Notes: generated by a model not told the origin, from the sequence alone. A DNA stretch of 64,000 nt from an uncultured Bifidobacteriaceae bacterium (GCA_964597445.1 CAZQXO010000004.1:19642-83641); one strand, 5' to 3'. Positions 26,737-36,834 are shown, numbered from the stretch's first letter. Program-made: numbers and translations.

Positions 26737-27723
26737 GTGGCCGTTCTCATCACCGGGTCCATCGCGACCGATCACCTCATGACCTTTCCCGGGCGCTTCA
26801 CCGACTCGCTCGTCGCTGACAAGCTCGACAAGGTCTCCCTGTCCTTCCTCGTGGAGGAGCTCGAGGTTCGTCGCGGGGGCGTGGCACCCAACATCGCGTT
26901 CGGAATGGGCTGCCTCGGCCTCCGCCCGGTTCTCGTGGGTGCCGTCGGCCCGGACTTCGCGGACTACGAGTCCTGGCTGCAGCGCCACAACGTCGACACC
27001 TCGGGGGTGCGCATGTCGGACTCGCGGCACACCGCCCGCTTCGTCTGCACCACGGACAGCGAGCAGAACCAGATCGCGTCCTTCTACCCGGGGGCGATGT
27101 CCGAGGCCCGCAACATCGAGTTGCGGCCCGTGGTCGATCGGGTGGGCAAGGCGGACGTGGTGCTGATCGGCGCCAATGACCCGGAAGCGATGCTGCGGCA
27201 CACCGAGGAATGCCGTTTCCGTGGCTATCCGTTTGCGGCGGACCCCTCCCAGCAGCTTGCCCGGATGACGGGGGAGGAGATCGTCCCGCTGATCGAGGGG
27301 GCGCGCTACCTGTTCACCAATGAGTACGAGTCGGCACTGATCCAGCAGAAGACCGGATGGACGGATGCCGACCTCACTGCCCTGGTCGACGTGCGCATCA
27401 CCACGCTGGGAGCGCAGGGTGCGCGCGTCCAGCGTCGGGGGGACGGCGCCGTCACGGTGCCGGTCGCCGAGGAGGATCGCAAGGCGGATCCCACGGGCGT
27501 GGGTGACGCCTTCCGGGCCGGCTACCTGAGCGGCCAGGCCTGGGGGCTCAGCGACGAGCGATCGGCCCAGCTCGGAGCCCTGCTGGCCACCTACGTGATC
27601 GAGACGATCGGCACGCAGGAGTACGAGCTGGCCCGCGTGCACTTCCTCGAGCGCATGGCGCGCACCTATGGGGATGAGGCGGCGGCCGAGGTGGAGCCGC
27701 ATGTGGTGTGCCCGCGCCCGTAG
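26737..27723 (+). CDS. adoK: Adenosine kinase (PfkB/ribokinase family, Rv2202c-like)
   Basis: GTG start. ITGSIATDHLM.FPGRF, QIASFYPGAMSEARNI, FAADPSQQLAR and DPTGVGDAFRAG closely track the mycobacterial AdoK sequence as I recall it. Confidence 0.88.
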   Translation: MAVLITGSIATDHLMTFPGRFTDSLVADKLDKVSLSFLVEELEVRRGGVAPNIAFGMGCLGLRPVLVGAVGPDFADYESWLQRHNVDTSGVRMSDSRHTARFVCTTDSEQNQIASFYPGAMSEARNIELRPVVDRVGKADVVLIGANDPEAMLRHTEECRFRGYPFAADPSQQLARMTGEEIVPLIEGARYLFTNEYESALIQQKTGWTDADLTALVDVRITTLGAQGARVQRRGDGAVTVPVAEEDRKADPTGVGDAFRAGYLSGQAWGLSDERSAQLGALLATYVIETIGTQEYELARVHFLERMARTYGDEAAAEVEPHVVCPRP

Positions 27724-27732
27724 TGGTGGCCG

Positions 27733-28476
27733 GTGACCATGCCGATCGACCCGGGGCCGTGCGCCTGGCAGCTCCCGGATCCGGCGCAGGCCCCTGACGG
27801 GGAGGACGTCGTCGCCGTCGGGGCGGATCTCGATCCCTCGACCGTTCTCGCGGCCTACCGTCAGGGCCTCTTTCCGATGCATCTCGCGTCCGGGGAGCTG
27901 GGCTGGTGGTCGCCGGATCCGAGGGGTGTTCTGCCGCTCGACGGCATGCGGGTGACGCGATCCCTGCGAGCCTCCCTCCGACGATTCGAGTACACCGTCG
28001 ATGGCGCGTTCGTCGAAGTCATGGAGGCATGCCGCGAGGGCCGGGCGGACGGCGCGTGGATCACGGATGACTTCCTCGCGACGTACACGCAGTTGCATGC
28101 GCTGGGGTGGGCGCACTCGGTCGAGGTGTGGTCCGATGACAGGCTCGTCGGAGGCCTCTACGGCATCGAGGTGGGCGGGCTCTTCGCGGGGGAGTCCATG
28201 TTCCACCGCGTTCGGGATGCCTCGAAGGCGGCGCTGGCGGTGCTCGTGGAGCGGCTTGCGGCGGGACCGCGTCCCGATGCCCGGCTGCTGGACGTGCAGT
28301 GGCGCACGGACCACCTGGCGACCTTGGGGGTGACCGAGCTCCGGCGTGCGCGCTACCTCGAACGGCTCGAGGCGGCGCTCGTCCTGCCGGCCGTCCTCGG
28401 TTCCTCGGGACGGGTCACGGCAGGGCGGAGCGCGCCTCGGCCAGAGCCTCCGGCAGCGCGTTCAGGAATCCGGTGA
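27733..28476 (+). CDS. aat: Leucyl/phenylalanyl-tRNA--protein transferase
   Basis: AYRQGLFPM, GWWSPDPRGVLPLD, GWAHSVEVW, LVGGLYG and GGLFAGESMFH are characteristic Aat motifs. The 3' tail overlaps the convergent gene by 62 bp. Confidence 0.85.
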   Translation: MTMPIDPGPCAWQLPDPAQAPDGEDVVAVGADLDPSTVLAAYRQGLFPMHLASGELGWWSPDPRGVLPLDGMRVTRSLRASLRRFEYTVDGAFVEVMEACREGRADGAWITDDFLATYTQLHALGWAHSVEVWSDDRLVGGLYGIEVGGLFAGESMFHRVRDASKAALAVLVERLAAGPRPDARLLDVQWRTDHLATLGVTELRRARYLERLEAALVLPAVLGSSGRVTAGRSAPRPEPPAARSGIR

Positions 28477-29560
28477 CGGTCTCCTCCGTGCAGCCGAAGG
28501 GGAGGGACACGCGCAGGGAGGCCTCGGCGGGAATGCCCATCGCGGCCAGCACCTGGCTCGGCAGTCGGGAGTCCGCTGTGCAGGCCGAGCCGCTCGCGAT
28601 GCTGTAGCCGCGGCGTCCGAGACCTTCCACCACGGCCTCGCCGGTGACACCCGTGCAGGTGAAGGTGACGATGTGGGGCAGGCGATCCCGGGGATGGCCG
28701 ACGACGCGGATGCCATCGGCGATCGTGGGCAGTGTCGCGCGGAGCATGTCGGTGAGGGTGAACGCGCGTGCCGCGTCCTCCTCGGCCCAGGGGAGCAGGT
28801 CCTCGAGGGCCAGAGCGGCGGCTGCCGCACCCGGGATGTCGGGGAAGCCGCCGACCCACCCCCGGTCCGGGTTCTCGTCCGGTCGCCACGAGACCCCGGA
28901 GCGCACCACGAGGAGGCCGACCCCGGCCGGGCCGCCCCAGTCACGCGCGGATGCGGCAAGGACGTCCCAGTCGCTGCCGAGGGGCCCCCGACCGACAGCC
29001 TGCACGGCGTGAACGAGAAGCGGGACGCCCGCTGCCCGAGCGAGCCGATGGACCTCGGACAGCGGCTGCCGGGTGCCCACCTCGGGATTGGCGGCCTGGA
29101 CGGCCAGAACGGCCGGGTCGCGATCCAGCGCCCGCTCGACATCGTCGAGGCGCACCCTGCCCGTGTCCTCGACGGGGACCACGAGGAGATCGGGATCCAG
29201 GCTCCGGGCCGGACTCAGGACAGCCATGCTCTCGACAGCCGACGCGGCGATGGCCCCTCGTCGGCCGCGGCCCGCGAGACCGGTGAGGGCTGTGGCCACC
29301 GCAGTCGGCCCGGAGGAGGTCCAGTGCACCTCGTCGCGCGGCACGCCGAGCGCGCGCGCGATGCCCTCGCGTGCGGCGTCGAGGACCAGCCCGGCCCGTC
29401 GACCCTCATGATGCAGCCGCGCGGGGTCGCTCCACGCCTGCTCTGCTGCTGCCAGCCAGGCCCGGCGCGTCCTGTCGGAGGTGGGCTGGCCGCCCACGGC
29501 ATCGAGGTAGCCGGGCGGTGGCACCGGGCGCTGATCCGCCGGCGTCACAGGGGTGTTCAT
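28415..29560 (-). CDS. Class-V aminotransferase-fold, cysteine-desulfurase-like protein with apparently degenerate PLP site
   Basis: NifS/IscS-like throughout, including the Cys loop IASGSACTADSRLPSQVLAAMG. Where the PLP-lysine motif SGHKxYGPKG is expected it reads SARDWGGPAG, and HVDATQ reads LVHAVQ. By-eye alignment. Confidence 0.8.
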   Translation of the reverse strand: MNTPVTPADQRPVPPPGYLDAVGGQPTSDRTRRAWLAAAEQAWSDPARLHHEGRRAGLVLDAAREGIARALGVPRDEVHWTSSGPTAVATALTGLAGRGRRGAIAASAVESMAVLSPARSLDPDLLVVPVEDTGRVRLDDVERALDRDPAVLAVQAANPEVGTRQPLSEVHRLARAAGVPLLVHAVQAVGRGPLGSDWDVLAASARDWGGPAGVGLLVVRSGVSWRPDENPDRGWVGGFPDIPGAAAAALALEDLLPWAEEDAARAFTLTDMLRATLPTIADGIRVVGHPRDRLPHIVTFTCTGVTGEAVVEGLGRRGYSIASGSACTADSRLPSQVLAAMGIPAEASLRVSLPFGCTEETVTGFLNALPEALAEARSALP

Positions 29561-29682
29561 GGCTCCACGGTAGTGACCGAAATCGCCTCGGTGAGGACCC
29601 CGTCACACTGAGCGGGCCCGGACAGCCGGGTGACTGAAGGTGCGCTAGTCTGCCGAACATCCACTCGTGAGAAAGGTGTGCT

Positions 29683-30561
29683 GTGCGGCAGTCGAGCCAC
29701 GCGGTCTCCCCCGAGGACGCTCTCCGGGGAACGTCGCGACAGCAGGGCAGGGCGAGCAGGCGCCGACGGGCGCTGATGCTGAGCGCAGGGGCCGCGGCAG
29801 CGGCGGTCGTCCTCTCGGGCTGCACCCTCAACGAGATCGCCTACTTCGATCTCCCGGAGCCGGTGACCAAGGAGGGCCTGATCACCCAGAACCTCTGGCA
29901 GGGGTCCTGGATCGCGGCCTGGGCCGTCGGCATCTTCACGTGGGCGCTCATGCTGTGGGCCGCGTTCGCCTATCGACGCAAGCACAAGGACGAGACGCCC
30001 GAGCAGACCCAGTACAACCTCCCGATCGAGCTCCTGTACACGATCGTGCCGCTCATCATGGTCCTCGGCCTGTTCTTCTTCACGGCTCGCGACCAGACGG
30101 AGATCCTGACCGTCAGCAACGACCAGGACGAGACGGTCGAGGTCGTGGGCTTCCGCTGGAACTGGGCCTTCAACTACATCGATCAGGACGCCTACGCGGT
30201 CGGCACCCCGGATCTTCCCGCAGAGTTGGTCCTGCCGGTGGGGGAGAAGATCCGCTTCGAGCTGGTGTCGCCGGACGTCATCCACTCCTTCTGGGTCATC
30301 GACTTCCTGTTCAAGATGGACGTGATCCCGGGCAAGCGCAACGTCTTCGAGCTCACGCCGGACAAGGTCGGCACCTACGCCGGCAAGTGCGCCGAGTTGT
30401 GCGGCACCGACCACGCCCGCATGCTCTTCAACGTGCGTGTCGTGGAGCGGGCCGAGTACGACCAGTACATCGCCGATCTCAAGACCCGAGGTCAGGGCGG
30501 GCTGTTCGACACTGGAATGAGCAACGATGAGGGCAAGATCCCGGATGAGAGAGTGCTATGA
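29683..30561 (+). CDS. ctaC: Cytochrome c oxidase (aa3) subunit II
   Basis: GTG start with GAAAGG SD. Lipobox LSGC, two TM helices, and CuA ligands VIHSFWV and [12 protein letters not shown]. Confidence 0.95.
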   Translation: MRQSSHAVSPEDALRGTSRQQGRASRRRRALMLSAGAAAAAVVLSGCTLNEIAYFDLPEPVTKEGLITQNLWQGSWIAAWAVGIFTWALMLWAAFAYRRKHKDETPEQTQYNLPIELLYTIVPLIMVLGLFFFTARDQTEILTVSNDQDETVEVVGFRWNWAFNYIDQDAYAVGTPDLPAELVLPVGEKIRFELVSPDVIHSFWVIDFLFKMDVIPGKRNVFELTPDKVGTYAGKCAELCGTDHARMLFNVRVVERAEYDQYIADLKTRGQGGLFDTGMSNDEGKIPDERVL

Positions 30562-32282
30562 CAATCCTCAGTGATCCCCCGGTCTCGTCACCCGAGTCCA
30601 CCCCGGTCGATCGGAAGGAGGCTCGCAAGCGCTCGTGGGGCTCCGCGGCGGTCAACTGGGTGACCTCGACCGATCACAAGCTGATCGGCTACCTCTACCT
30701 CATCACCGCGACCTTCTGGTTCTTCCTGGCGGGGATCATGGCCCTCGCCATCCGTGCGGAGCTGGCCGTCCCGGGCATGCAGTTCATCTCCCTCGAGCAG
30801 TACAACCAGCTCTTCACCATGCACGGCACGATCATGCTGTTCCTGTTCGCAACACCCCTGTTCGTGGGCTTCGGCAACGTGATCATGCCCCTGCAGATCG
30901 GTGCCCCGGACGTCGCCTTCCCGCGCTTGAACATGCTGGGCTACTGGCTCTTCTTCTTCGGCGGACTCACGGTGGCCCTGGGCTTCCTGACGCCCGGTGG
31001 TGCAGCGGCGTTCGGCTGGTTCGCCTACGCCCCGCTGAGCAACGCGGTCTACTCCCCGGAGGTGGGAGCGGACCTCTGGTACCTCGGGCTGGCCATGGGT
31101 GGCCTGGGCACGATTCTGGGTGCTGTCAACTTCGTGACCACGATCTTCACGATGCGGGCGCCCGGCATGACGATGTTCCGGATGCCGATCTTCACGTGGA
31201 CGGTCCTGGTCACGAGCATCCTCGTGCTGCTCGCCTTCCCCGTCCTCGCGGCGGCGCTCTCGATGGCCTTCATCGACCGCGAGTACGGTTCCCTCGTCTT
31301 CGCGGCGGAGAACGGCGGTGCCATTCTCTGGCAGCACCTGTTCTGGTTCTTCGGACATCCCGAGGTGTACATCCTTGCCCTGCCGTTCTTCGGCATCGCG
31401 AGCGAGATCATCCCGGTGTTCTCGCGCAAGCCGATCTTCGGATACAAGGGCCTGATCTTCGCGACCCTCGCGATCGGCGCCCTGTCGATGGGCGTGTGGG
31501 CGCACCACCTCTACGTCACAGGCTCGGTGTACCTGCCTTACTTCGCCATCATGACGATGCTGATCGCCGTGCCCACCGGCGTGAAGTTCTTCAACTGGAT
31601 CGGCACGATGTGGCGCGGTTCCATCGTCTTCGACACCCCCATGCTCTGGACGATGGGCTTCATGGTCACCTTCCTCTTCGGCGGTCTGACCGGCATCATC
31701 CTGTCGGCGCCTCCGCTGGACTTCCATGTGTCCGACAGCTACTTCGTGGTGGCGCACTTCCACTACACGGTCTTCGGCACGGTGGTCTTCCTGTTCTTCG
31801 CCGGCCTGTACTTCTGGTGGCCGAAGATGACCGGCAAGATGCTCAACGAGCGCTTGGGCAAGATCCACTTCTGGATGCTCTTCATCGGCTTCCAGGTGAC
31901 CTTCCTCGTCCAGCACTGGCTGGGCGTGCAGGGCATGCCGCGTCGCTACGGCGACTACCTCCCGGCCGACGACTTCGAGCTGCTCAATCAGGTCTCGACC
32001 TTCGGTGCCGCCCTGCTGGGCGTCTCGACCCTGTTCTTCATCTGGAACGTGATCTCGACGTGGCGCACGGCCCCGAAGGTCACCGTCGATGATCCCTGGG
32101 GTTGGGGCGGCTCGCTCGAGTGGGCGACCTCCTGCCCGCCCCCGCGGCACAACTTCGTGTCGCTGCCCCGGATCCGCTCCGAGCGTCCTGCCTTCGACCT
32201 GCATCACCCCGAGCTGGCAGCTCCGGGTGCCCACCCGGTGACGACGTCGTCGTCGCGTCCGGTGGGAGGAGGTCAGGCATGA
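30558..32282 (+). CDS. ctaD: Cytochrome c oxidase subunit I
   Basis: 574 aa, 12 TM helices, motifs [11 protein letters not shown] and HHLYVTG/HFHY. ATGA overlap with ctaC. Confidence 0.97.
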   Translation: MTILSDPPVSSPESTPVDRKEARKRSWGSAAVNWVTSTDHKLIGYLYLITATFWFFLAGIMALAIRAELAVPGMQFISLEQYNQLFTMHGTIMLFLFATPLFVGFGNVIMPLQIGAPDVAFPRLNMLGYWLFFFGGLTVALGFLTPGGAAAFGWFAYAPLSNAVYSPEVGADLWYLGLAMGGLGTILGAVNFVTTIFTMRAPGMTMFRMPIFTWTVLVTSILVLLAFPVLAAALSMAFIDREYGSLVFAAENGGAILWQHLFWFFGHPEVYILALPFFGIASEIIPVFSRKPIFGYKGLIFATLAIGALSMGVWAHHLYVTGSVYLPYFAIMTMLIAVPTGVKFFNWIGTMWRGSIVFDTPMLWTMGFMVTFLFGGLTGIILSAPPLDFHVSDSYFVVAHFHYTVFGTVVFLFFAGLYFWWPKMTGKMLNERLGKIHFWMLFIGFQVTFLVQHWLGVQGMPRRYGDYLPADDFELLNQVSTFGAALLGVSTLFFIWNVISTWRTAPKVTVDDPWGWGGSLEWATSCPPPRHNFVSLPRIRSERPAFDLHHPELAAPGAHPVTTSSSRPVGGGQA

Positions 32283-32674
32283 AGATCGAAGGCTGGGTCT
32301 TCGCCCTGGGGGCGGTCTTCTTCGTCCCGCTCGCGGCGATCTACTGGTTCCTCTCCCGGGACCCGGTCGGCACGACGGCGCTCGCCCTCTCCGGGGGTCT
32401 GGCCCTCATCGTCGGCTTCTACATTCTGTACTCGTCCAAGCGGGTCTACCCGCGGCCGGAGGATCGGCTGGATGGCGAGATCGACGAGGCGGACCCCGAG
32501 TACGGCTTCTTCAGCCCGCACTCGTGGTGGCCGCTCTTCGTGGGCCTCGGTGCCTTCATCATCGCTCTGGGCCTGATCTTCGCGGTCTGGGTGATCGTGC
32601 TGGGTCTGGCCGCCCTCCTGCTCGCCATCATCGGCTGGCTGTTCGAGTACTACCGCGGAGAGTTCGCCCGGTAG
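32279..32674 (+). CDS. ctaF: Cytochrome c oxidase subunit IV (actinobacterial CtaF)
   Basis: ORF 32102..32674 trimmed to ATG 32279 ([15 protein letters not shown]), overlapping the ctaD stop. 4-TM small subunit with the typical [13 protein letters not shown] motif. Confidence 0.85.
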   Translation: MKIEGWVFALGAVFFVPLAAIYWFLSRDPVGTTALALSGGLALIVGFYILYSSKRVYPRPEDRLDGEIDEADPEYGFFSPHSWWPLFVGLGAFIIALGLIFAVWVIVLGLAALLLAIIGWLFEYYRGEFAR

Positions 32675-32689
32675 CCAACGCTGCTCGTG

Positions 32690-32728
32690 GATCGGAGCCC
32701 CCCGCCCTTCGGTCGGGGGGCTCCGATC
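32690..32728 (+). terminator. Stem-loop terminator after ctaF
   Basis: GATCGGAGCCCCCCG-cccttcggt-CGGGGGGCTCCGATC, a 15-bp perfect stem located 16 nt after the stop. Confidence 0.7.
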
Positions 32729-32994
32729 ATGTTCGGGAGGGGTAGGCGCCTGCCACCCCGGGAATCGGGCCCCAGGCCCTCTCAGAGGCGTCCACGTGCA
32801 TCCGAGGATCCCCGCCTGCCCGAACCCCTGGCGACACGCTCCTGGCGGCGTCAGAAGGTCTCCAGGGCGGCTCTAGTCCGTGAGCAGGTCATGGGCGCCG
32901 ACTGCTGTTCCACGGCAGGCTCAGGAGCCCGCCATGATGGCCCCTCCTGGCGGGACCGGCCTGCCTGGTCGGGCGTCCTCCGTGACCCCCCAGG

Positions 32995-33039
32995 GGACTC
33001 CCCAGCGGACTCCCCAGCGGACTCCCCAGCGGACCCCCC
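32995..33039. repeat. 12-bp tandem repeat (ggactccccagc, about 3.5 copies) in a non-coding gap
   Basis: Read directly at 32995-33030, with a partial fourth unit. It is followed by the complementary ggggagtc, so a hairpin is possible. Confidence 0.9.
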
Positions 33040-33256
33040 CGGGGGAGTCGCGGCGCTACCCGTGAGGGACGGCGAAGGGGCGGAGCCATCCCGTGCAGCC
33101 TGGCGAAAGCAGTGGCGCCTGAGGACATCGCCCCCGGGCCGCTCGGGACCGCCGAGGACGAGCGACAGGGGGCCCTGGGCGGGCCCAGGAGCAGCGCCAT
33201 GCCCAACCCGTCCCCGGGATCCCCCAGGGCCGGTCCCTCACCTGTGGATCCTGCGG

Positions 33257-33865
33257 CTAGCCGGCAGTGCCGTCCGGCTCCCACGTGTACTCGATCTGGC
33301 GTGCCGTGCGCTGGGCGAGGTCCCGGCCGAAGAGCCGATCGACCACGTGCAGGGCTCCGGCGATGCCGGAAGACAGGCCGGCCGCCGTGACGATCGGGCC
33401 GCTGTCGACCCACCGGACACCGACTCGTGCTCCGTCCGGACCGAGGCGAACCGCAAGGCCGTCCACGTCCTCGTGGTGGGTCGTCCAGGCTCGTCCCTCC
33501 AGCAGGCCGGCGGCGGCCAGCAGGAAGGCGCCCGTGCACACGCTCATCGTGATCGTCGCGGTGGCGCTCAGCCGGGCGACCTGCGCGAGCAGCTCGGCGT
33601 CGTCGGTCAGGGCTGCGGTGTCGACAGCCCCGGGGACGATGAGCAGGTCAGTGGCCTTCAGGTCTGCCAGGGCGTCGGTCGCGATGAGCCCCAAACCGCC
33701 GTAGGCGTGCACCTCGCCGGCCTGCCTCGCCGCGACGACGATGCTCAGGTCTGCGGGTCGCCCGTCGCGAGCCAGCAGCCGGGATGCGGTCAGGAGGACC
33801 TCGTAGGGCCCGCCGGCGTCGAGCAGGTCCATGCCATCGAAGGCGACGAGGGTGCAGGTGGTCAT
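33257..33865 (-). CDS. DJ-1/PfpI-family protein
   Basis: LLIVPG and a nucleophile elbow SVCTGAFLLAAAGLL, about 200 aa. Confidence 0.85.
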   Translation of the reverse strand: MTTCTLVAFDGMDLLDAGGPYEVLLTASRLLARDGRPADLSIVVAARQAGEVHAYGGLGLIATDALADLKATDLLIVPGAVDTAALTDDAELLAQVARLSATATITMSVCTGAFLLAAAGLLEGRAWTTHHEDVDGLAVRLGPDGARVGVRWVDSGPIVTAAGLSSGIAGALHVVDRLFGRDLAQRTARQIEYTWEPDGTAG

Positions 33866-33894
33866 GGCCCCAGCATGGCGTGCCGGACGGATCC

Positions 33895-33942
33895 GGTTAT
33901 GTCGAGGGCCCCGGTCGTCAGACCGGGGCCCTCGACATAACC
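33895..33942 (-). terminator. Long perfect hairpin terminating the ctaE-qcrCAB operon
   Basis: GGTTATGTCGAGGGCCCCGGTC-gtca-GACCGGGGCCCTCGACATAACC, a 22-bp perfect stem located 11 nt after the qcrB stop. Confidence 0.75.
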
Positions 33943-33952
33943 AGGGATCGAC

Positions 33953-35695
33953 CTAGGAGCGCTGCTCCGCCTCGAGCTGCTCGGCGTTGGTCTTGGGCAT
34001 GCCCGGGTGGTGAAGGACGCCGCCGTGCGCGTTGTAGATGACGTCGCTGTCCTCGTACTCATGCAGGGGCGCCTCGATGGCGGCCTGCTCGGCAGCGTGG
34101 TGCTGGCCGGCCTCGATCTCGGCCGCAGACGGCTTGGGCACGTTGACGCCGTAGAAGAACTCGCTGAGGCGGTGCCGCAGCATCTGCGCGCGGTAGTGCT
34201 TGTTGCGCACGCCGTCCGCATCGGCCTTGGCCGGTGCCGGCAGCGGCACGTAGTCGTGCTTGGCCGTGATGACCGCCAGCTCCTTCTCGTTGAGGGGCTG
34301 GTGCACCTCGATGAACTCGCCGTGCGGGAGCCGCAGCACGCGACCGGACTCGTAGCCGTGGAGCAGCTTCTCGCGATCCTTGCGCTGCAGGCCGAGGCAC
34401 GTGCGGCGGGTGATCACGAAGACGATCGGCGGCACGACGATCAGGGCGATTCGCAGGAACCAGATGATCGAGTTGATCGACAGGTCGAAGGCGACCGCGA
34501 TGATGTCGTTCGCGCCGCCCACCCAGAGGAGGACGTAGAACGAGATCGCCATCATGCCGAAGGCGGTGCGGGTGGGCGCGTTGCGCGGGCGGTCGAGCAG
34601 GTTGTGCTCGCGCTTGTCGCCGGTGACCCAGGCCTCGATGAAGGGGTAGAGCGCCAGGACCGTGAAGATGATTCCGGGCACCACCAGCGCCGGGATGAAG
34701 ATGTTCCAGGAGATCGTGTATCCGAAGATGACGGTCTCCCAGTTCGGCATGACCCGCAGGGCGCCATCGAGGAAGCCGATGTACCAGTCCGGCTGGGACC
34801 CCGCCGAGACTTGGTCCGGCATGTAGGGGCCGAAGATCCAGATCGGGTTGATCGTGACGAGGCCGCCGACGAGGGCGATGATGCCGAAGACCACGAAGAA
34901 GAAGCCACCGGCCTTCGCCATGTACACGGGAAGGAGGGGGTAGCCCACGACGTTGTCGTTCGTGCGGCCCGGGCCGGGGAACTGGGTGTGCTTCTGGGTC
35001 CAAACGAGCATGAGGTGGACCGTCACGAGCGCCAGGATCAAGCCGGGTATCAGCAGGATGTGCACGCCGTAGAGCCGGGAGATGAACTCTGTGCCCGGGA
35101 ATTCACCGTCGAAGAGCAGGAAGGCGGCCCAGGTGCCTACGACAGGAACGGCTTGGACGATGCCTCGGGCGATCTGCAATCCGGTGCCGGAGAGCAGGTC
35201 GTCCGGGAGGGAGTAGCCGGAGAAGCCCGCGAGCAGGCCCAGGGTGGTCAGAGCCACGCCGATCAGCCAGTTGAACTCGCGGGGCTTGCGGAAGGCGCCG
35301 GTGAAGAACACGCGGAACATGTGCACAGCCATGGCCGCGATGAAGATCAGGGCGGACCAGTGGTGCATCTGACGCAAGAGAAGGCCGCCGCGCACGTCGA
35401 ACGAGATGTGGAGAGCCGACTCGTAGGCCTCGGTCATGTGCAGGCCCTTGAGCGGCACGTAGCTGCCGTCGTAGATGACCTCGGCCATCGAGGGCTTGAA
35501 CCACAGCGTCAGGAAGGTGCCGGTCAGCAGGACGACGATGAAGCTGTAGAGCGCGATCTCGCCGAGCATGAACGACCAGTGGTCGGGGAACACCTTGCCC
35601 AGGTTGCGAGAGAGGAACTTGTTGCTGCCGACGCGCTGGTCGACGTAGGTCGCCGACGCGCCTCCAGCCTTCTCCACGGGGCTGGTCGTGGTCAT
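33953..35695 (-). CDS. qcrB: Cytochrome bc1 complex cytochrome b subunit
   Basis: 580 aa, multi-TM, haem-ligand histidines in the QMHHWSA and VHILLIP contexts, and a long actinobacterial C-terminal extension. Confidence 0.95.
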   Translation of the reverse strand: MTTTSPVEKAGGASATYVDQRVGSNKFLSRNLGKVFPDHWSFMLGEIALYSFIVVLLTGTFLTLWFKPSMAEVIYDGSYVPLKGLHMTEAYESALHISFDVRGGLLLRQMHHWSALIFIAAMAVHMFRVFFTGAFRKPREFNWLIGVALTTLGLLAGFSGYSLPDDLLSGTGLQIARGIVQAVPVVGTWAAFLLFDGEFPGTEFISRLYGVHILLIPGLILALVTVHLMLVWTQKHTQFPGPGRTNDNVVGYPLLPVYMAKAGGFFFVVFGIIALVGGLVTINPIWIFGPYMPDQVSAGSQPDWYIGFLDGALRVMPNWETVIFGYTISWNIFIPALVVPGIIFTVLALYPFIEAWVTGDKREHNLLDRPRNAPTRTAFGMMAISFYVLLWVGGANDIIAVAFDLSINSIIWFLRIALIVVPPIVFVITRRTCLGLQRKDREKLLHGYESGRVLRLPHGEFIEVHQPLNEKELAVITAKHDYVPLPAPAKADADGVRNKHYRAQMLRHRLSEFFYGVNVPKPSAAEIEAGQHHAAEQAAIEAPLHEYEDSDVIYNAHGGVLHHPGMPKTNAEQLEAEQRS

Positions 35696-36834
35696 CCGCG
35701 CTCCCAGAAACTCGGTCCGACAGGTTCTTGGAAATCAGAAAGGGCTACCAGATAGCCTTCCTCATCCACGCCGATCGGCAACTGCGGCATGCGACGCGCT
35801 GCCGGGCCGAACACGACGTTCCCGCTGTCGGCCAGGTCGAAGGTCGACTGGTGGCACGGGCACAGCAGATGGTGAGTGCGCTGCTCGTACAGCGCGATAG
35901 GGCAGCCCACGTGGGTGCAGATCTTCGAGTAGGCGAGGATGCCCTCGACGTCCCAGCCCTCGCCCTGCTGCGAGCGGATCTGATCGGGCTCCATGCGCAC
36001 GAGGATGATCGCGGCCTTGCCGCGGGCGTTCAGGTTGCCCTCCTCGTGCTCGACCTCGGGGAGGGTCGCAGGGATGGCGGAGATCAGGCCGCCGACCGGG
36101 AGATCCTCGGGTCGGATCGGGCGGGAGACGACGCTGTCCTCTGACGCGACGACATCACCGGCCATCTCCCCGCCGCTGTCCTCGCCTCCGTACTCGCCCT
36201 GGTATGTGCCGTCGGAGATGATCCGCGTGCCCTGGGCCCAGATGGTCGTGGAGAGCAGCTCCGTGGGGGACTTGCCCTCCGTGAACTCGGTGGGCGTCCA
36301 GAGGTCGCGCAGCATCACGATGAGCGGGATGGGGAACAGCACGAGAGCCCCGATGAGCGTGCGGCGGATCAACGGGAAACGGGCGAAGCCGGACTCCTCC
36401 TTGCCGCGCTCGTAGTTGGCCTCGGCCTCGAGGGTGGCGCGCTTGGGGGAGGACATCGTGTGACGCTGCTGCACGACCTCGACATCGGGCATGAGCTTCT
36501 TGGCCCACTGGATGGCGCCTGTGCCGACGAGGAGGATCGCCATGCCCATCGTGAAGCCCAGGGCGACGTTGCTCGCGCCCACGGATCCGAGGACCGGGAT
36601 GTAGACGATGGCGTTGGGATCGATCGTCACGTAGGCGACGACGAAGAGCACGACGAAGACCATCGATAGGACGAACATCGTCGCGACCTGGCGCTCCGCG
36701 CGGCGAGCAGCCTTGGGGTCGGTATCGGTGGCCCGCGGCTTGTGCGGGATGTCGGCCACGGGGGAGTAGCCCAGGCGAGCAGGCGCCTTCTCGTGGCCGC
36801 CGGCGGAGTCCTGATGAGGCGTGAGGTCGTTCAT
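35692..36834 (-). CDS. qcrA: Cytochrome bc1 complex Rieske iron-sulfur subunit
   Basis: ORF 35692..37443 trimmed to ATG 36834 (MNDLTPHQDS, overlapping the qcrC stop). Rieske motifs CTHVGCP and CPCHQS. Confidence 0.93.
   Translation of the reverse strand: MNDLTPHQDSAGGHEKAPARLGYSPVADIPHKPRATDTDPKAARRAERQVATMFVLSMVFVVLFVVAYVTIDPNAIVYIPVLGSVGASNVALGFTMGMAILLVGTGAIQWAKKLMPDVEVVQQRHTMSSPKRATLEAEANYERGKEESGFARFPLIRRTLIGALVLFPIPLIVMLRDLWTPTEFTEGKSPTELLSTTIWAQGTRIISDGTYQGEYGGEDSGGEMAGDVVASEDSVVSRPIRPEDLPVGGLISAIPATLPEVEHEEGNLNARGKAAIILVRMEPDQIRSQQGEGWDVEGILAYSKICTHVGCPIALYEQRTHHLLCPCHQSTFDLADSGNVVFGPAARRMPQLPIGVDEEGYLVALSDFQEPVGPSFWERG

Noticed and set aside
32880-33065. 61-aa ORF with TPQR repeats, and the alternative frames giving DSPA or PLGS repeats across the 12-bp tandem repeat
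   Set aside because: Any frame through a 12-bp repeat yields a tetrapeptide repeat. There is no SD, no recognisable domain and only moderate GC3. The region is kept as an unexplained gap rather than called as a CDS.
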